Below the pieces are notes generated by a model. The model did no database searches. It was not told where the DNA came from and saw only the letters and a list, made by a program, of their open reading frames with translations. From assembly GCA_002633005.1 (NCBI GenBank), contig NMRA01000293.1:271198-335197 (forward strand): a stretch of DNA of 64,000 nt. The letters run 5' to 3'. Below are positions 12,471-25,081 of this stretch, piece after piece. The DNA comes from Phoronis australis (Eukaryota > Animalia > Phoronida). Positions within the stretch are counted from its first letter, which is position 1, and each line of letters starts with the position of its first letter. A program made the translations under genes and the position numbers.

Positions 12471-12639
12471 CTTGGGCAGCAACAAAGTCAAACCACTGTA
12501 AGATACTGGAGTAATACAGGGGCAGAAGGGTGCCCAGTTCACCTCTCTCACAGAGCTCCCTCGGGGACGGAGGCTTGTCTAGGGCACGGTTCAGGGTCGA
12601 CTCAGACTCACTGTGGGGGAAGCCCTCTCCAAAGAATGA
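12471..12639 (-). CDS. SZT2: SZT2 exon (SFFGEG...GELGTLLPLY...QWFDF)
   Basis: Within ORF 12424-12645; phase 0->1. Confidence 0.85.
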
Positions 12640-13953
12640 CTGCAAGTGAAATAAAAGAATGAAACAGGAATGATATTAAAAGACAAATTCATGGAGTTTT
12701 TGTGCAAATATCTTGATGAGGTTCACTCACACACAACATCAAATACCAAATGTTAATTGGAAGCTTAGGTACAAAGCAGTATAAATATACAAGCAAAATA
12801 AAATCTGACAAAAAGTTGACAAGTCATTAAGAATGAATCTGGCGGGTCTATCCAGTTATTCTGCAGGCAATTTTTGCAATGAATCTCCAATAGTGTTCTC
12901 CTTTTACAGTCAGTTTCATGCAGTTCACAACAAATTTCAACTGAGCATTGCTTTCACGGTTTGGTAATTTTTGAGTATTTGAAGTTTCTAAGCAAATTTT
13001 GCTTCAGTCATTTGTCCCAACCTCCAAACATGCTGTTTGGCAACAAAAGCAGGGCACAGCATTAGTATGCACCAACCGAATGCATTCCAAATGGAAAGGA
13101 CATAAAGGGTGATAAGTAGTTTGAATGATTTCACCCACTAGATAACGTAAAGCTGTCCATGAGCGTAGAGCTCTTCATCCTAAAACTTACAATCCTGAAA
13201 GATTATTTAGATTGCCAGAAAGGAAACTAAAATTGTCATTAGGTGGTGCTCACTGCAGCAGTCAGATCCATCCAGTGATAGGTTGGTCATGCTCACCTTA
13301 ACAAAAATGCATTAATCCCAATGATTACTCAAGAGACTAGACAGTTGATACTAAACTAATACATTGCCACTAGGAGGAGCACAACTCAAAACTGTCCAAA
13401 CAGGGGCATTGTTAATCTCTCTTGTATAAAATCTTTTTTGCCAAGATTTTTCCACAAAAAATAAAGCCGACATAGCTGTAGTCAAAAACTGTTAAAAAGG
13501 CAACATTTGCTAGGTTTCCACTAATAGAAACCGCAAGCCTCAGCATTTGTAACGATTCTTCAAACTGTAAGGTAGATTGAAAGGCAGACGCCAAAAACCG
13601 ATGCCAAAATATTAAAATTATCATTATGCATTGCCCAACATGCATGGTCTGTGACCTATAGTTATCCAACAACTTTTTTAATATTCAAAAAAATACTATT
13701 AATATATTAAAAATTCTTTTAAAAACACTGCGATAAGAAAGCGTTTTGCAAGATGTCACCATCACCATGTGCCCAACATTAGTCATTTTCACCCAGACAA
13801 CTCAAACACTTATGGAAGTCATAAACCCCATGAAGTTAGCCATAAACTTATTAAATTCTAAAAAAACAGGTATTAACAGACAATTGAAATCACTTGACAA
13901 ACACAGCAACACTGATCCTGAAATGCCTAAAATCGTTTTTAAACACAACATAC

Positions 13954-14099
13954 CTTCTCATTTTTGACGGTCGGGGATGTTGGGTTCTTCATTCTCCCAA
14001 AAAAGTTCAGTGGAAATGGAGAGGAACTCTTCCTGGTTAAGGTGGCCTTTTCTTCAGACTTGGTCTTCTTTTGAGCATTTTTGTCAACAGCCTCTTTTT
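13954..14099 (-). CDS. SZT2: SZT2 exon (KEAVDKNAQKK...PTVKNEK)
   Basis: Open frame with canonical sites; supplies the required phase 1->0. Confidence 0.8.
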
Positions 14100-14438
14100 C
14101 TGCAAGTATTGATACTGGAAATATGGTACACCCATGACTGCTTTGTCTCTGTGGTGATAAATACTTACCTTAAGTTTGTACATTGTAGTAAGTATTAGAA
14201 TTTTTGCTGTTCCAAAATAAAATGGCATTGCTCAAATTTTACATTTCCTTGGCCTCACTCATGAGAGCATGGTGTAGAATAATAATGAAACGAGTCTTAT
14301 GTGTTGAATGCAGAAAACTCATGGTAATCGCAGAAAAGTTGATCATCGCCAGCAAAAGAGCAGTAAGAAATGGTTGTTTCCTCATGAGCAAAACCCGGTA
14401 AATTACTGTTTAGGCATAGAGCTGGATAGCTTAGTTAC

Positions 14439-14642
14439 CTATTTGTGCTGGGGACTTGGATTCAACCAGGTCAGAGGTCAGGTCTGGTGGCATACTGCAC
14501 AGCGGGGCAGTCAACAGCTGATATTCCATAATGACATCACAGAGGGCATTTCTGATGGCTGGTCGTAGGTGGTGGTCAATCAGGGACGTCATGTCCACAT
14601 CCCCACGCTCCCAGATGTGGAATTGGATAAAGCCATGTCCTG
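14439..14642 (-). CDS. SZT2: SZT2 exon (FIQFHIWERGDVD...ALCDVIMEYQLL)
   Basis: IWExG and ALxDxxME motifs; tandem CAGCAG acceptor (alternative end 14639); phase 1->1. Confidence 0.9.
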
Positions 14643-15766
14643 CTGCAACATCCACACATATGTTATAGCAGCATGCAGGATACACAGAGATTTCTTAACC
14701 TTCTCACCATAAGCGAATTTTTTTTTGCTGCAGAAACAATGCAATCCCTTGCGGTCTCGGCATTTTTTTGTCTTTCTACGAGAGAAGGCTCTCAACAGCA
14801 AATGGCACAAATTTGTGATTGATTCTAGAGCACGGAACAAATCAGTCAACAGTCTTGCCATACTTGCAAATTCCTTGGCTTGTAACAATCACTTACTTTG
14901 ACTAGAGTACTGCCAAGACCACCCAACCCAGCAATCAAAGCAGAGACCCCTGATGAAACCGGCAAGGACAATACAGGATTTAGTGCTACCTATATTTATT
15001 GAAATATAAACTTGTAGACTGTACATAATGCTAAGTAACTAATGGACTGTACCAGTAGTATCAGTTATTATAAATTTAAAATACAATACACTGCAAATCA
15101 GGTGCAATGACTTGGTATTCTCCACTGTGACAATTGAATGCAGGCACAACTAGCTATCAGGATGGCTGAGAGCAAGTGCAATTCACCATGCAATTAGCTG
15201 AAATCATGAGAGTCAAAGATCGAAATGGGAATTTGTCCGATTAGTATTTCCCTTTACAGTATCACTACCTGTTTAAGATTGAGTCGTAATTTTAGTGTCA
15301 CATGACCTTGGAATATTAAGTAATAGTCTGGTATTAGTTTTAGAATTGGTATAAGTTACTGTTAGTTTTAGAATTTAGTATGTGAACAACAATACACTAA
15401 AGATGAGTTTGCTTTTTGCTTTTCTAATGGAGTGCTTCAACGTTGATGCTATTATAGAAACTATCACTACAGTAAGTCTTAACTTGTTTAGATCACAATA
15501 TGGCCGACAAGTGAAATTCTCATTTGGCAACTTGCTTCAGAAGAATAAAGATTATAATAAGAAAATCAAAGTCTACTGCCAAGGTTCATGCTCTGTTGAT
15601 GTCATAAATTAAGATTCCATAACATTCTCATAATTTTCAGCAAAGTTCCCAACCTTTGAAAAATGGAAAACAACAAATTATTTTAGTGTAAAATACATTG
15701 AGAATTAGCTTATGCACTGCCTTGTAAGATTTTACAGTCACAACAGCAATAAATTGTACAACTTAC

Positions 15767-15940
15767 TTTGACTTTCTACAGGAAAACTTGACATCTCTTG
15801 AACCCTAACCAGCTGCTCAAATATCTCCACGCTGTACTTTGGTCTGTGAGCCTCCTGTAATGGCTTCAGTCCCACATTGAGCTGCATGGGAAGACCTTGG
15901 CAGTTCACCATCGTCATGTGTACAACAGCAATACCCACAC
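15767..15940 (-). CDS. SZT2: SZT2 exon (VGIAVVHMTMVN)
   Basis: Within ORF 15738-15959; GTAAGT donor; phase 1->1. Confidence 0.87.
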
Positions 15941-16264
15941 CTGTGACAAAAGTCAACAATCATCAAACTAAGGGAATAATCATCCGATTTAACAAGTTTT
16001 GATGCATCTGGTCATATATGTCCATTTTTCTGAATAAGCTTTGAAATAAAATTATGATACACCACACTGATGTATAAACTCGTCTGCTTTTCTAAAGTTG
16101 TGTCTACATTATGAGTTATTCTAGAAAAATATGCTCCACTTCAAACTTGCATACATATTACAAACCCTACACCATGTAACAAATACGGTGCAGATGATTA
16201 TACATCCCTGTGAGCATAACTGACCAACCGCACAACTGGTTATTACTTCTGCCTTGTCTCCAGG

Positions 16265-16420
16265 TTTGCGTCCACACTGTGACTTACCACAGGACAAGTT
16301 ACCCTAGAACAAAATACCCTACCTCGATAAGGTGAGACAAGTTGCCACAGAGTACATACTAAACCTGGTGACAACTTGTTTCAGGTGTAACTTGTTCTAA
16401 GGGAACTCGAAGTGCAGCTG
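16265..16420. mobile_element. Degenerate small MITE-like repeat (related copy at ~61930-62110)
   Basis: gcgtccacac...acaagttaccc...gtaacttgttc internal inverted motifs in both copies. Confidence 0.45.
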
Positions 16421-16601
16421 GCACTTAAAACACCAAGATCTTAAAATGTCCACAAAAATTTATTTGATGATGCTATATTACAGTAGTTCACAACAATAAC
16501 TACATTCTTTGAAAAGAGAACAGAGCACAAGTGAGAGTAGACTTGATCAACTTAGTGACAGATGATTGTCTGCAGTGTCAGGTAAAACTAACTCAACTCA
16601 C

Positions 16602-16683
16602 CTTTACCCCCTGAAGCATGGGGTCTGTTGAAAAGAAATGATTCATTCTCTGGAAATGGCTTTGGAGGAGACTGGGTGTAATC
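16602..16683 (-). CDS. SZT2: SZT2 exon (DYTQSP...FLFNRPHASGGK)
   Basis: LxNxP..GGK motif; GTGAGT donor; phase 0->1. Confidence 0.87.
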
Positions 16684-17342
16684 CTGGATGAACAAAAACA
16701 GTACAAAATAATCTAAAGATCAGGGACGTGTGATCAAACCAAATCCTGTAGACTTTAGATATTTAATGTACTGTCTCAGAATTAGCATATTTCTTTTCCT
16801 TCAAGTTGTGCCTGATGTTGAAAGCTGTATTGTTCTTTTATGTTCTTCATTTCACTACCTTACACATCATGTTTCTTTATATTAAAATAATGAATGACAA
16901 TACTGTCTGAGATCACAGACAAAAGTGACACATTTTGCTTTGCCACAAACCTGATGCAATTTTGCTGAAATAGCCCTTGACACAAGTGGCGCTGCAAGTT
17001 ACTATTAAGAAAACTAAACCAAGAGTTATAAATGTGCAAGAAGTTATGTGTATTATGTTCTGGAGGCTGGATTAACCTAGTTGCAAACCATGAAATCTAA
17101 CTTGAAGCACATTGCACTATTTTGGTGGAAGTTTTATTTCCATGTGGCCTGTTCTAAAAATAGAAGAAAATCTACAATTTGATAGCTTACCTACAAGCCT
17201 TAATCTCAATTCCTTGACTGTAAAAACTAATGTCTTTTCTTATATTACTGGTTCACCATTGGTCATCCTGACAAAATTTGGTGAGAACAACATTTGATCC
17301 ACCCTGAGGCTCTAAGAGAATGGGTCACGAAATGTTAACATC

Positions 17343-17463
17343 TGAATACCATTGTTACCTTGAATACCATAATGGTTACCTTGAATACCATAACGGTTAC
17401 CTCGAATACCATAACTGTTACCTCGAATGCCATAATTGTTACCTCGAATACAATAGTTACCTG
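17343..17463. repeat. 21-bp minisatellite (~6 units) containing the SZT2 5' splice site
   Basis: Minus-strand units gtaacNNNNatggtattcRAG abut the exon end at 17461. Confidence 0.92.
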
Positions 17464-17631
17464 AAAATGACATTCGCCTCTATCCTTGACGTCAGCATAC
17501 TTAGGACTGAAGAGAACTTGTAACAAGTTCTGACGAAGATAGTAGTTAACAGCACAAAGCGGTAGGCCGGGGTCGTCAGGAAGAGAGAAATGAACGACTC
17601 GTTTGGGCATCTCCAAGGGGGGCTGGATAAA
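17461..17631 (-). CDS. SZT2: SZT2 exon (FIQPP...YYLRQNLLQVLFSPKY)
   Basis: YLRQNL..PKY motif; phase 0->0. Confidence 0.92.
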
Positions 17632-17828
17632 CTGAAATGAGAAGTGGCGCGATAGGGTTGAACATAACCAAAAGAGCATTCTGTGTGCCATAAGAACAGG
17701 CACTGTTAGTTAGTTAGTCACTTCAGTTTTAATGGTGCAGCCCATGACATGAAGTCTTCCTTTGTGGCTGTGAGCCAGGACATATGAGAAAAAAACAATT
17801 TTCAAGAATGCAAAATGCTCCCCATTCA

Positions 17829-17934
17829 TAAAAGACTGCATACTATGGTAAAATACTGCATATTATGGTAAAAGACTGCATACTGTGGTAAAATACTGCA
17901 TACTATGGTAAAATACTGCATACTACGGTAAAAT
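17829..17934. repeat. Minisatellite, 20-bp unit x5
   Basis: taaaakactgcatactatgg repeated. Confidence 0.95.
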
Positions 17935-18320
17935 GACACCAATTTAAGATAACAACAGCAGACACGAGAAACTTGAATTTCTCATTTCTTTCACAAATGA
18001 TTTTGTTACACCAAACCACGTTCAAGTTCCTTAGCAAAGCTACTACTAGACAACATTTCAAACAATTCGACCGCTATCATAACGTTAGAAGACCTTGAAA
18101 ATACGGGAAAGGGTAAGTTTGGCAACTACTTTGGTTCAAAATTGGTGAACTTTTACCGTAACAGTGTAACAGGGCAACAGTAGCATTACATTAGCCAAGT
18201 AAGCTGATTGGTTGGCAATACAACAAGTATGGAATGTATAGTACCATCAAAGTCCCTCGAACTCACTACTATTCAAGGTACCTGTCACCATGCCCGCCCC
18301 TCTCCCCACCCCCCCATTAC

Positions 18321-18445
18321 CTGCACATCCTCTGGGGTCAATTTACACATGGGGTTCCTAGCTAGATGAACTGTAATCATGTCAAGCACAGCGTCATCAA
18401 GTCTCTTCTGCAAAGCCTGGGTCAGATCCTCGGTGATTTCTGTAC
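18321..18445 (-). CDS. SZT2: SZT2 exon ([41 protein letters not shown])
   Basis: Highly conserved SZT2 segment; phase 1->0. Confidence 0.93.
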
Positions 18446-19574
18446 CTGCAGGATTAAAGGTCAAGCCTCAATAGCTCTCATTCAAATCATTTTCGTGTGG
18501 CGTCTGATGCAAAACTAAAAAGTCTACCAAACCTGGTTTTCACCTATTAACAGATACTAAAGCGACTTTCTCATTGGGTGCTTTGAAACAACATAATGCT
18601 CTGTAACTCTCGACAACCTTCAAAAATTTGGAGGAAAATTTGAAAACTCCTTACAAAATCTGTTACATGGGCGTGACCTATGCGAAATACACGGCAACTG
18701 TGGGAAACGACCACCCAGCAAGGGCAACAATATCCAATTTGTGAGATTAGGAGTATGAGATTTTAGCTGATTCCTCCCTTTAACTTGTTAGATTGACATT
18801 AGCAGGTGACAGAACTAAGATTGGTTGAAATCATCAAAATAGGGTTTAGCATCCTTTTAAGGCAATAGGACATCACAGCCAAACCCATAGAAAATGTCAA
18901 AAATAATTTTGAGTATGATTTTGAGTACTAAGATTCGACCCTGGGCCCTAATACTGCAGATGATATACCGGCAGACAGTTTGTCCCATGGTAATATGTTG
19001 TTAATATTCGTGAAATGTGAACAAAATATTAACCTACTGCAATCTGTAACCCACACACCAGGAGTCACTAAATCGAAAATCACAAAAATGAACTTGATGA
19101 TGACTTGTTTACTTCTGCTCACAAGTCCACCCACATTGTATAGAGAGCAGGTAAATGAACATCGGACCTCAGTTCAGAGTTTATCAGATTTACCCGGGCC
19201 AGAGGTTGTGATGTAGAATCATTATTTAATTATGATACCAAATATATAAATTCTCAATTATATTTTTTAATTTCCACAAGTGCTTCTGAACATAGTTTTT
19301 ATATTCCGTGAGTTGTTGCTTCTCAAAAGTAGTCATTTGGTAGGTTTGGCTCTGATTTTTGCCAACGAAAAGTGATGTGTGAACTCTATAATTGAATATA
19401 AGAGAACACACAAACTGGATGCTTATTGACAATTCACACGAGCCTGACAACTTTTTCATGTTCCATAAGTTTTCCGTGCATGTGCAGCAAAACAATCACA
19501 AACTTGTTCATGACAGGTATTCCAAGACTAAGTAGGTACCATGCAATAACTAAACACAGGTAACATATTACCTT

Positions 19575-19722
19575 GTACAAGATATTAAGAAACCTGACAT
19601 ACATACCCACTTTAGTGATCCCATACACAGTCATTTCAATACAGTCATGTACAAGATATTAAGAAACCTGACATACATACCCACTTTAGTGATCCCATAC
19701 ACAGTCATTTCAATACAGTCAT
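19575..19722. repeat. Perfect 74-bp tandem duplication spanning an exon 3' end and donor
   Basis: 19575-19648 is identical to 19649-19722. Confidence 0.95.
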
Positions 19723-19822
19723 CTACTCTTCGTCCACTCGCCACACTTGAGTGACGGCTGACTCCACTTCTCAAGCGATTAACAGAACTCTCAGTCGAGT
19801 CTAAAACTGGTCGACCAGTATC
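19681..19822 (-). CDS. SZT2: SZT2 exon (DTGRPV...VDDCIEMTVYGITKV)
   Basis: Resembles SZT2 VDRHIQLLVHGV; ttttcAG/GTATGT; phase 0->1. Confidence 0.87.
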
Positions 19823-20453
19823 CTGAAAATTTGACTAAATTCTATAGAAAATCTTTCAAAAATTATCACGATTAGGCAGTCAAAAAATGGGAGACAGTTC
19901 TTCATTGCAAGCCCGGTTACATCTGTTCAACTGTATCATGCTACATTTACTCAGTATTCACAAAACTGTTATACAAAAGCAACATACAATAAACCTTACC
20001 AGGGATTTCTGAAATAGTCACTACCAAGAAATTCTTCCCACAAGGGGTCTTATGGAAACAAGATTCAAAAATGCAACCATATCTTTCATGATCGCATTGC
20101 TGCAGAGTTTAGGGACACACAATAAGATTTCATTAAATTTTCAATTTTTGGTCCTTAAAAGGATCGATAAAGTATAATTAGCACGTTGTTTAATTGCCAA
20201 CACATTTGTCACTGGAGTTTCTCTTTTAGAAGCTAAACCACTAAGAAAAGTAAACTCTAGCTATGATTTCTGTGACAGATAACCACGCTTAAGTCAACAA
20301 CACAACAAAAAGCTCCATCAGAAATCCCTGATAAAAGGATTTCTACAATGAAGGTAAGTTGTATTAAATAAACCAATTTTACTTTTACAAAAAAATTACT
20401 GCTGTTTTGCTCATTGCTCGAAGTAGTTACTAATCATTTAATATACAACTTAC

Positions 20454-20704
20454 TGAAGCTTCATCTTTGGTGTGTAATGACCACACGGAGGTATTGAGTG
20501 AATTAGAGGGAGAAAACTCCTCGTCTGCTGCCAGTCTGGAATGTGATGCTGAATCACTAAGTGACACAGTTAGATTTGAGTGACCACTGGTGTAGTCACT
20601 GAGACGGAGGTAGAACACTTCACCTGTTGTTTGGCGGATTACGAACATGTGCTTCCGATTATTCACGGAGAAGGTATTGAGCACAGTGCGCAGTGCTGTC
20701 ATGC
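20454..20704 (-). CDS. SZT2: SZT2 exon (ALRTVLNTFSVNNRKHMFV...VFYLRL)
   Basis: Conserved motif; GTAAGT donor; phase 1->0. Confidence 0.93.
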
Positions 20705-23354
20705 CTGAAACGATAACAACTCTTATTACCACTAACAGTAGCTGATATGTCATCTAATCTTTCATGACAACAATGCAATTTGGAACTGGAAAGTACATTA
20801 ATTTAATATTAATTGAATGTGAGTGGAAGATAATAAATCAAATCTAAATTTTTCAAAATGCTGTGAAAAACATTGCAAAATACTGTGTTTGATGTTTTAT
20901 AATTTATCATCAAAAACTAACATGCACAGAGAATGACTATAGAAAATTAAAGCATTACTTTCAGACCTGTATACCAACAAAACTTTGCATTTGAGTACCT
21001 TGGATACCAACTTTTACAGATCTATCAGTACATTTACTTTGCAGAGTTTCATGTGGAAACCAAACAATGAAAATTCAAACTTTTCAAAATCTTAGTATAA
21101 TGAAACTGTACTTTTCCTATCCGTTATTTATCTTTGGAACAGTTTAAAACATGTAGTGATTTGATCACCAATTTTCAGAATTATTCTAAGGAGTTTAGTT
21201 GGTGGACTAAGCTTGCAGTAAAGACAAGATCTATGATATGGTTCCTTTATTTAAGTTACGATAATACATATATATATCTTTAAAAAAACATGCCACAATT
21301 GTGATTATATACACAACAAAGAAGAATTCCTTACTTCAAAAGTTATGCTCATTTCATAAACCAAAACATATCTATAAGAAGTGTTCAAAGTGCACTAGAC
21401 ACAACTGTTTTACATCACATGACATATGTTCTTAACCATTCCACTAAAATTTGGAAAAAATGTTCATTGAAAGCATCTATAAACATTATACTCCAGTACT
21501 GGCTGTCAAAAAAACCTTGACTGACGCCAATGGCTCTGCAGGCTGCAAAGTCAGTACAGCCACCATGTGCGTAAGAAAACAACTTCACAACTTGCATGAA
21601 TATAAATTCGATAGTACCTTTTTCGATACGACACTGACATTCTCCAGAATAACGTGGCAAAAACGGGATGTTCCCTCTTTTCAGAAGTTATTTTCTTCAC
21701 AGCTACAAATGTGCACCCTTTCACACTTTGCCATTTTGACAACAATACATATTTAGCAGGAGATAGCCAGAATCAAGCGAAGTAAACAATCCACTAATCA
21801 TAGAAGTCGATGCTTACAGTTTAGGTCAATGACAATATCAAAGAGGCCTTGTCATTTGCTGATTATCTTGCTCTATTTAGAATGAATTGGAGCAAGTTCC
21901 CGACTTTGCAGCTGTTTTTTTTGATTAAAATAATACAACTGATTTTTTAATTTCTAATGTAAACACCTTCATCCATTTCTATAATTAGCTCACCACTAAG
22001 TGAGTAACTAAATAATCTGCTTCAAACTTGCATATTTTTGCCTGGTCCTGCATACTGCAAGCCAAACTACTATACGAGTCCAAATTTTTTGCGAACGGTA
22101 CACAGGCTTGCATTTTACATAAAAAATTCTACACATTGCCTCTGATGTTCAAGTGAGACATGCTGCTATTAACTGGTCATTGACCAAATGTTAGGTTGAC
22201 AAGTAATGCCTTTGGGGAGATATTTTCCAGACACCCCTGACATTAAAGTACAAAATAAGAACTCAGGTGGCAATGACAGATGATAAGTTAAACTATTAAA
22301 ATTCCACATAAAAACACAGAAGGCAGATTTACACACACTACTGGTGGTCAAAAGTACAAGACAAGGAGCAATCTCACTTCAAAGATGAAAACAGATGAAT
22401 CCTTAGTGAGTATTCATAGCATGTTGTGCAGTTCAACCAGATCTTACCTGCATTATGCTTTTTAACTATAAAGAAATGGCTGGTTAGAAAGCAGCTGAAT
22501 GAAATTTAACATCACAAAAAATATCTATCATTTTATGTCAACTCTTCTTGACAGTAGTTTTAAAATAGTGTATATCAACCTAGTCCATCGTTAAGCATTC
22601 CCACCATCATTTGTCTGGCAACACGATTTGCACACCAACTATCTACCATCTTTTTAAGGGTTACTAAAACTCAATGAAAAACTGTATGGAAACACCAATA
22701 ATCTAAACGTGTCCCAACCCAACAGCTGTCATCAAACCAAATTCAATTACTAAAATACATCGTTTTCGCTTATTTTTGGATGGTATTTTTTCATGGAAAA
22801 TAGTCCCAGCCCAACTTTTCTTGAGGGTGTCACTTTCAGAAGCCAAGCAGTTTGAAAAATCATCAGTTTCAGTCCACAATATTGCAATTAATTGCAGACA
22901 GTGTATCCATCATTTATGAGATGATAGCTCTCCTCCAGGCAAAACAACTTAGATCAGTGTTCATGACATTGATAGTTGGGGACTCACGGTTCTTAAACAA
23001 ATCTCTTGATGAAGTATGCAGTGAAACTGACAGGAAGTATTCGTAAAATTCTGTATTCACAAAGTCCGTTTAATTCTGCCACAATAGGCAAAATTTCCAG
23101 TCTCTCAATTCGTCTAGACAAATCATGACAGGAGTGGGAATAAGTAAATGAAATGAACAAGAGAGGCCATAGATCAAGGGAATATTAGGTGCTGAATCAT
23201 TAAATGAATACTGAAAAGAAAATTTACAAAAAGTTACCATTACAATTTTCAGTACTTCAAGAGACCTATTAAGTCACCACTTAACAAACATGTGTAATCA
23301 CTACATTGCGTACATGGCTAGGAGCGTATTTTGACCATTAGAGTAGCCACTGAC

Positions 23355-23498
23355 CTCTGGACACTCCAGTCCGACCTGGTCCCGTCTTTAGCCTTGGATG
23401 AAGCATAAAGTTCTCCTTCCACATCAGATCACAGGCAAAGTGGCCCGGCTCAAAGTGAAGGTTAGCCTCCATGTATGTCTCACGCTCATCTTCAGAAT
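23355..23498 (-). CDS. SZT2: SZT2 exon (FEPGHFACD...LHPRLKTGPG)
   Basis: PGHFxC..HxRLK motif; phase 1->1. Confidence 0.92.
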
Positions 23499-23935
23499 CT
23501 GAACAATATGCAGACACTGATTAGGAAAATTACAGTGAACATGCGTTGAGGCTAAAAGTATTCAGACAAAATGGCCAAGAATTACCCGCCATGATGGTCA
23601 TTTTGTAATTGGAATTTTGTTGCCATAACAACTATTACCAGTAATTTTTGCTCTTAAGAGAATTAGCCATCTTGATGGTATAACGGCACTTTGTAAAATA
23701 CACGCAACTGTATATCACTGAAATAGAAATGGGGCAAAAAATATACAAAATTCAAACTCCTTGCAACTGGAATTTAATCATTGACCAACCATCTCTTTAA
23801 TAACTTATCTCCACTTCTAATGAACAGAAAGTAACAAAAGCAAGTTATTAAATAAATATGCATCAAATTAGAGGCAAAAATGATGGACACCAACACCAGT
23901 CATCATGGATAAGTCTTGCTATTGTATGAGCTCAC

Positions 23936-24089
23936 CGGAAGTGAATCCAGAGATGGCCGACACATTAGAGTTTCGCCTCCGATTCATGGCCACATCTAGC
24001 TCCTCCTGTTGCCAGATGTCTTCATCAGCCTCTGGCACTAACAACTTGTTACACATGCGAGTCTCGTTCAGTTCTTGAAGAAGCAGATG
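23936..24089 (-). CDS. SZT2: SZT2 exon (HLLLQELNETRMCNKLLVPEADEDIW)
   Basis: Conserved motif; phase 0->1. Confidence 0.93.
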
Positions 24090-24952
24090 CTGCACAAAGA
24101 TTGATCTTCGTTAATTCAACACAACAACGGAACAAAAACGACAATTTGCTAAAATTTGACCAATACAAAGCATGCTCTGTCACGTTACAAAACACACGCC
24201 AACTGAAAATATTTTTCTCCCATTTAGTTCACAGCGTGGTGGAAAAGGGAATCTTATTTTGCTGACATTTTTAAGATAATCATTTAAAAAAATCTTTATT
24301 AGTACTGCAACAGTACACTCAGTTGTACCATGTTAAATTAAGTATTTTCTCAGTGTACTAGTCATTAAACCTTGTTTGATGACATCTCTGTCACCCAACA
24401 ATAAATGGTTAAGTTGACTGTATCAAACGAATGCAAACAGCTTATTTATGAAAATGGATAAACAACTCCGTTTGGCAATTTGTGGGACAAAATTCCTGAA
24501 GAAGTAACATCATTGCAATTTAATTAGTTCATTGAATTGTTTGCTAAATGAATCAGATCTACTGCTTTGTCTGAAACAAATTCAACACTTTAAAAGTTGA
24601 CCCTATTGAACGCACAGTCTTGCGAAGTCCGTTTCATTCATCACAATAGGCTGGCCAAATACAAGACCATGTTACAAGACGTACACAGGACAACTCTTAA
24701 TGAAGAATCTTCAGGCTTGATGTTCAAGTGATACTATGCCAAATGAAACTAGTTAGTAATTACTTACCATTCACTACTCAGTGATGACAACTGACTTGTG
24801 TCATTTCTACTAACTTACCTTAACCATGATTTGTAAAAATTGCTATTAACATAAGATGCATATGCAAATGAAAAACACCAACCTCTATAGTCTTTGTTGC
24901 ATTATTAAGGATGCGTTATATTTATGTAATAAGAACCAAATCAATTGAGGGA

Positions 24953-25050
24953 GGAGGCAGTGTGACCTAGTGGGATACGTGTTCGCTTCGTGGGTTCTAG
25001 TCCCACTGGGCCACACTTCTAGATCATTGAGTCAGGCCTCTAGCACCTCA
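24953..25050 (+). mobile_element. Possible tRNA-derived SINE head (degenerate)
   Basis: A-box-like TGACCTAGTGG followed by B-box-like GGTTCTAGTCCC; spacing short, no full cloverleaf. Confidence 0.35.
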
Positions 25051-25081
25051 GCTCAGTTTTAACTATATATTAATAAAGCAC

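Noticed and set aside
24953-25050. Possible tRNA gene
   Set aside because: A/B boxes are too close together with no anticodon arm; at best a decayed SINE head.
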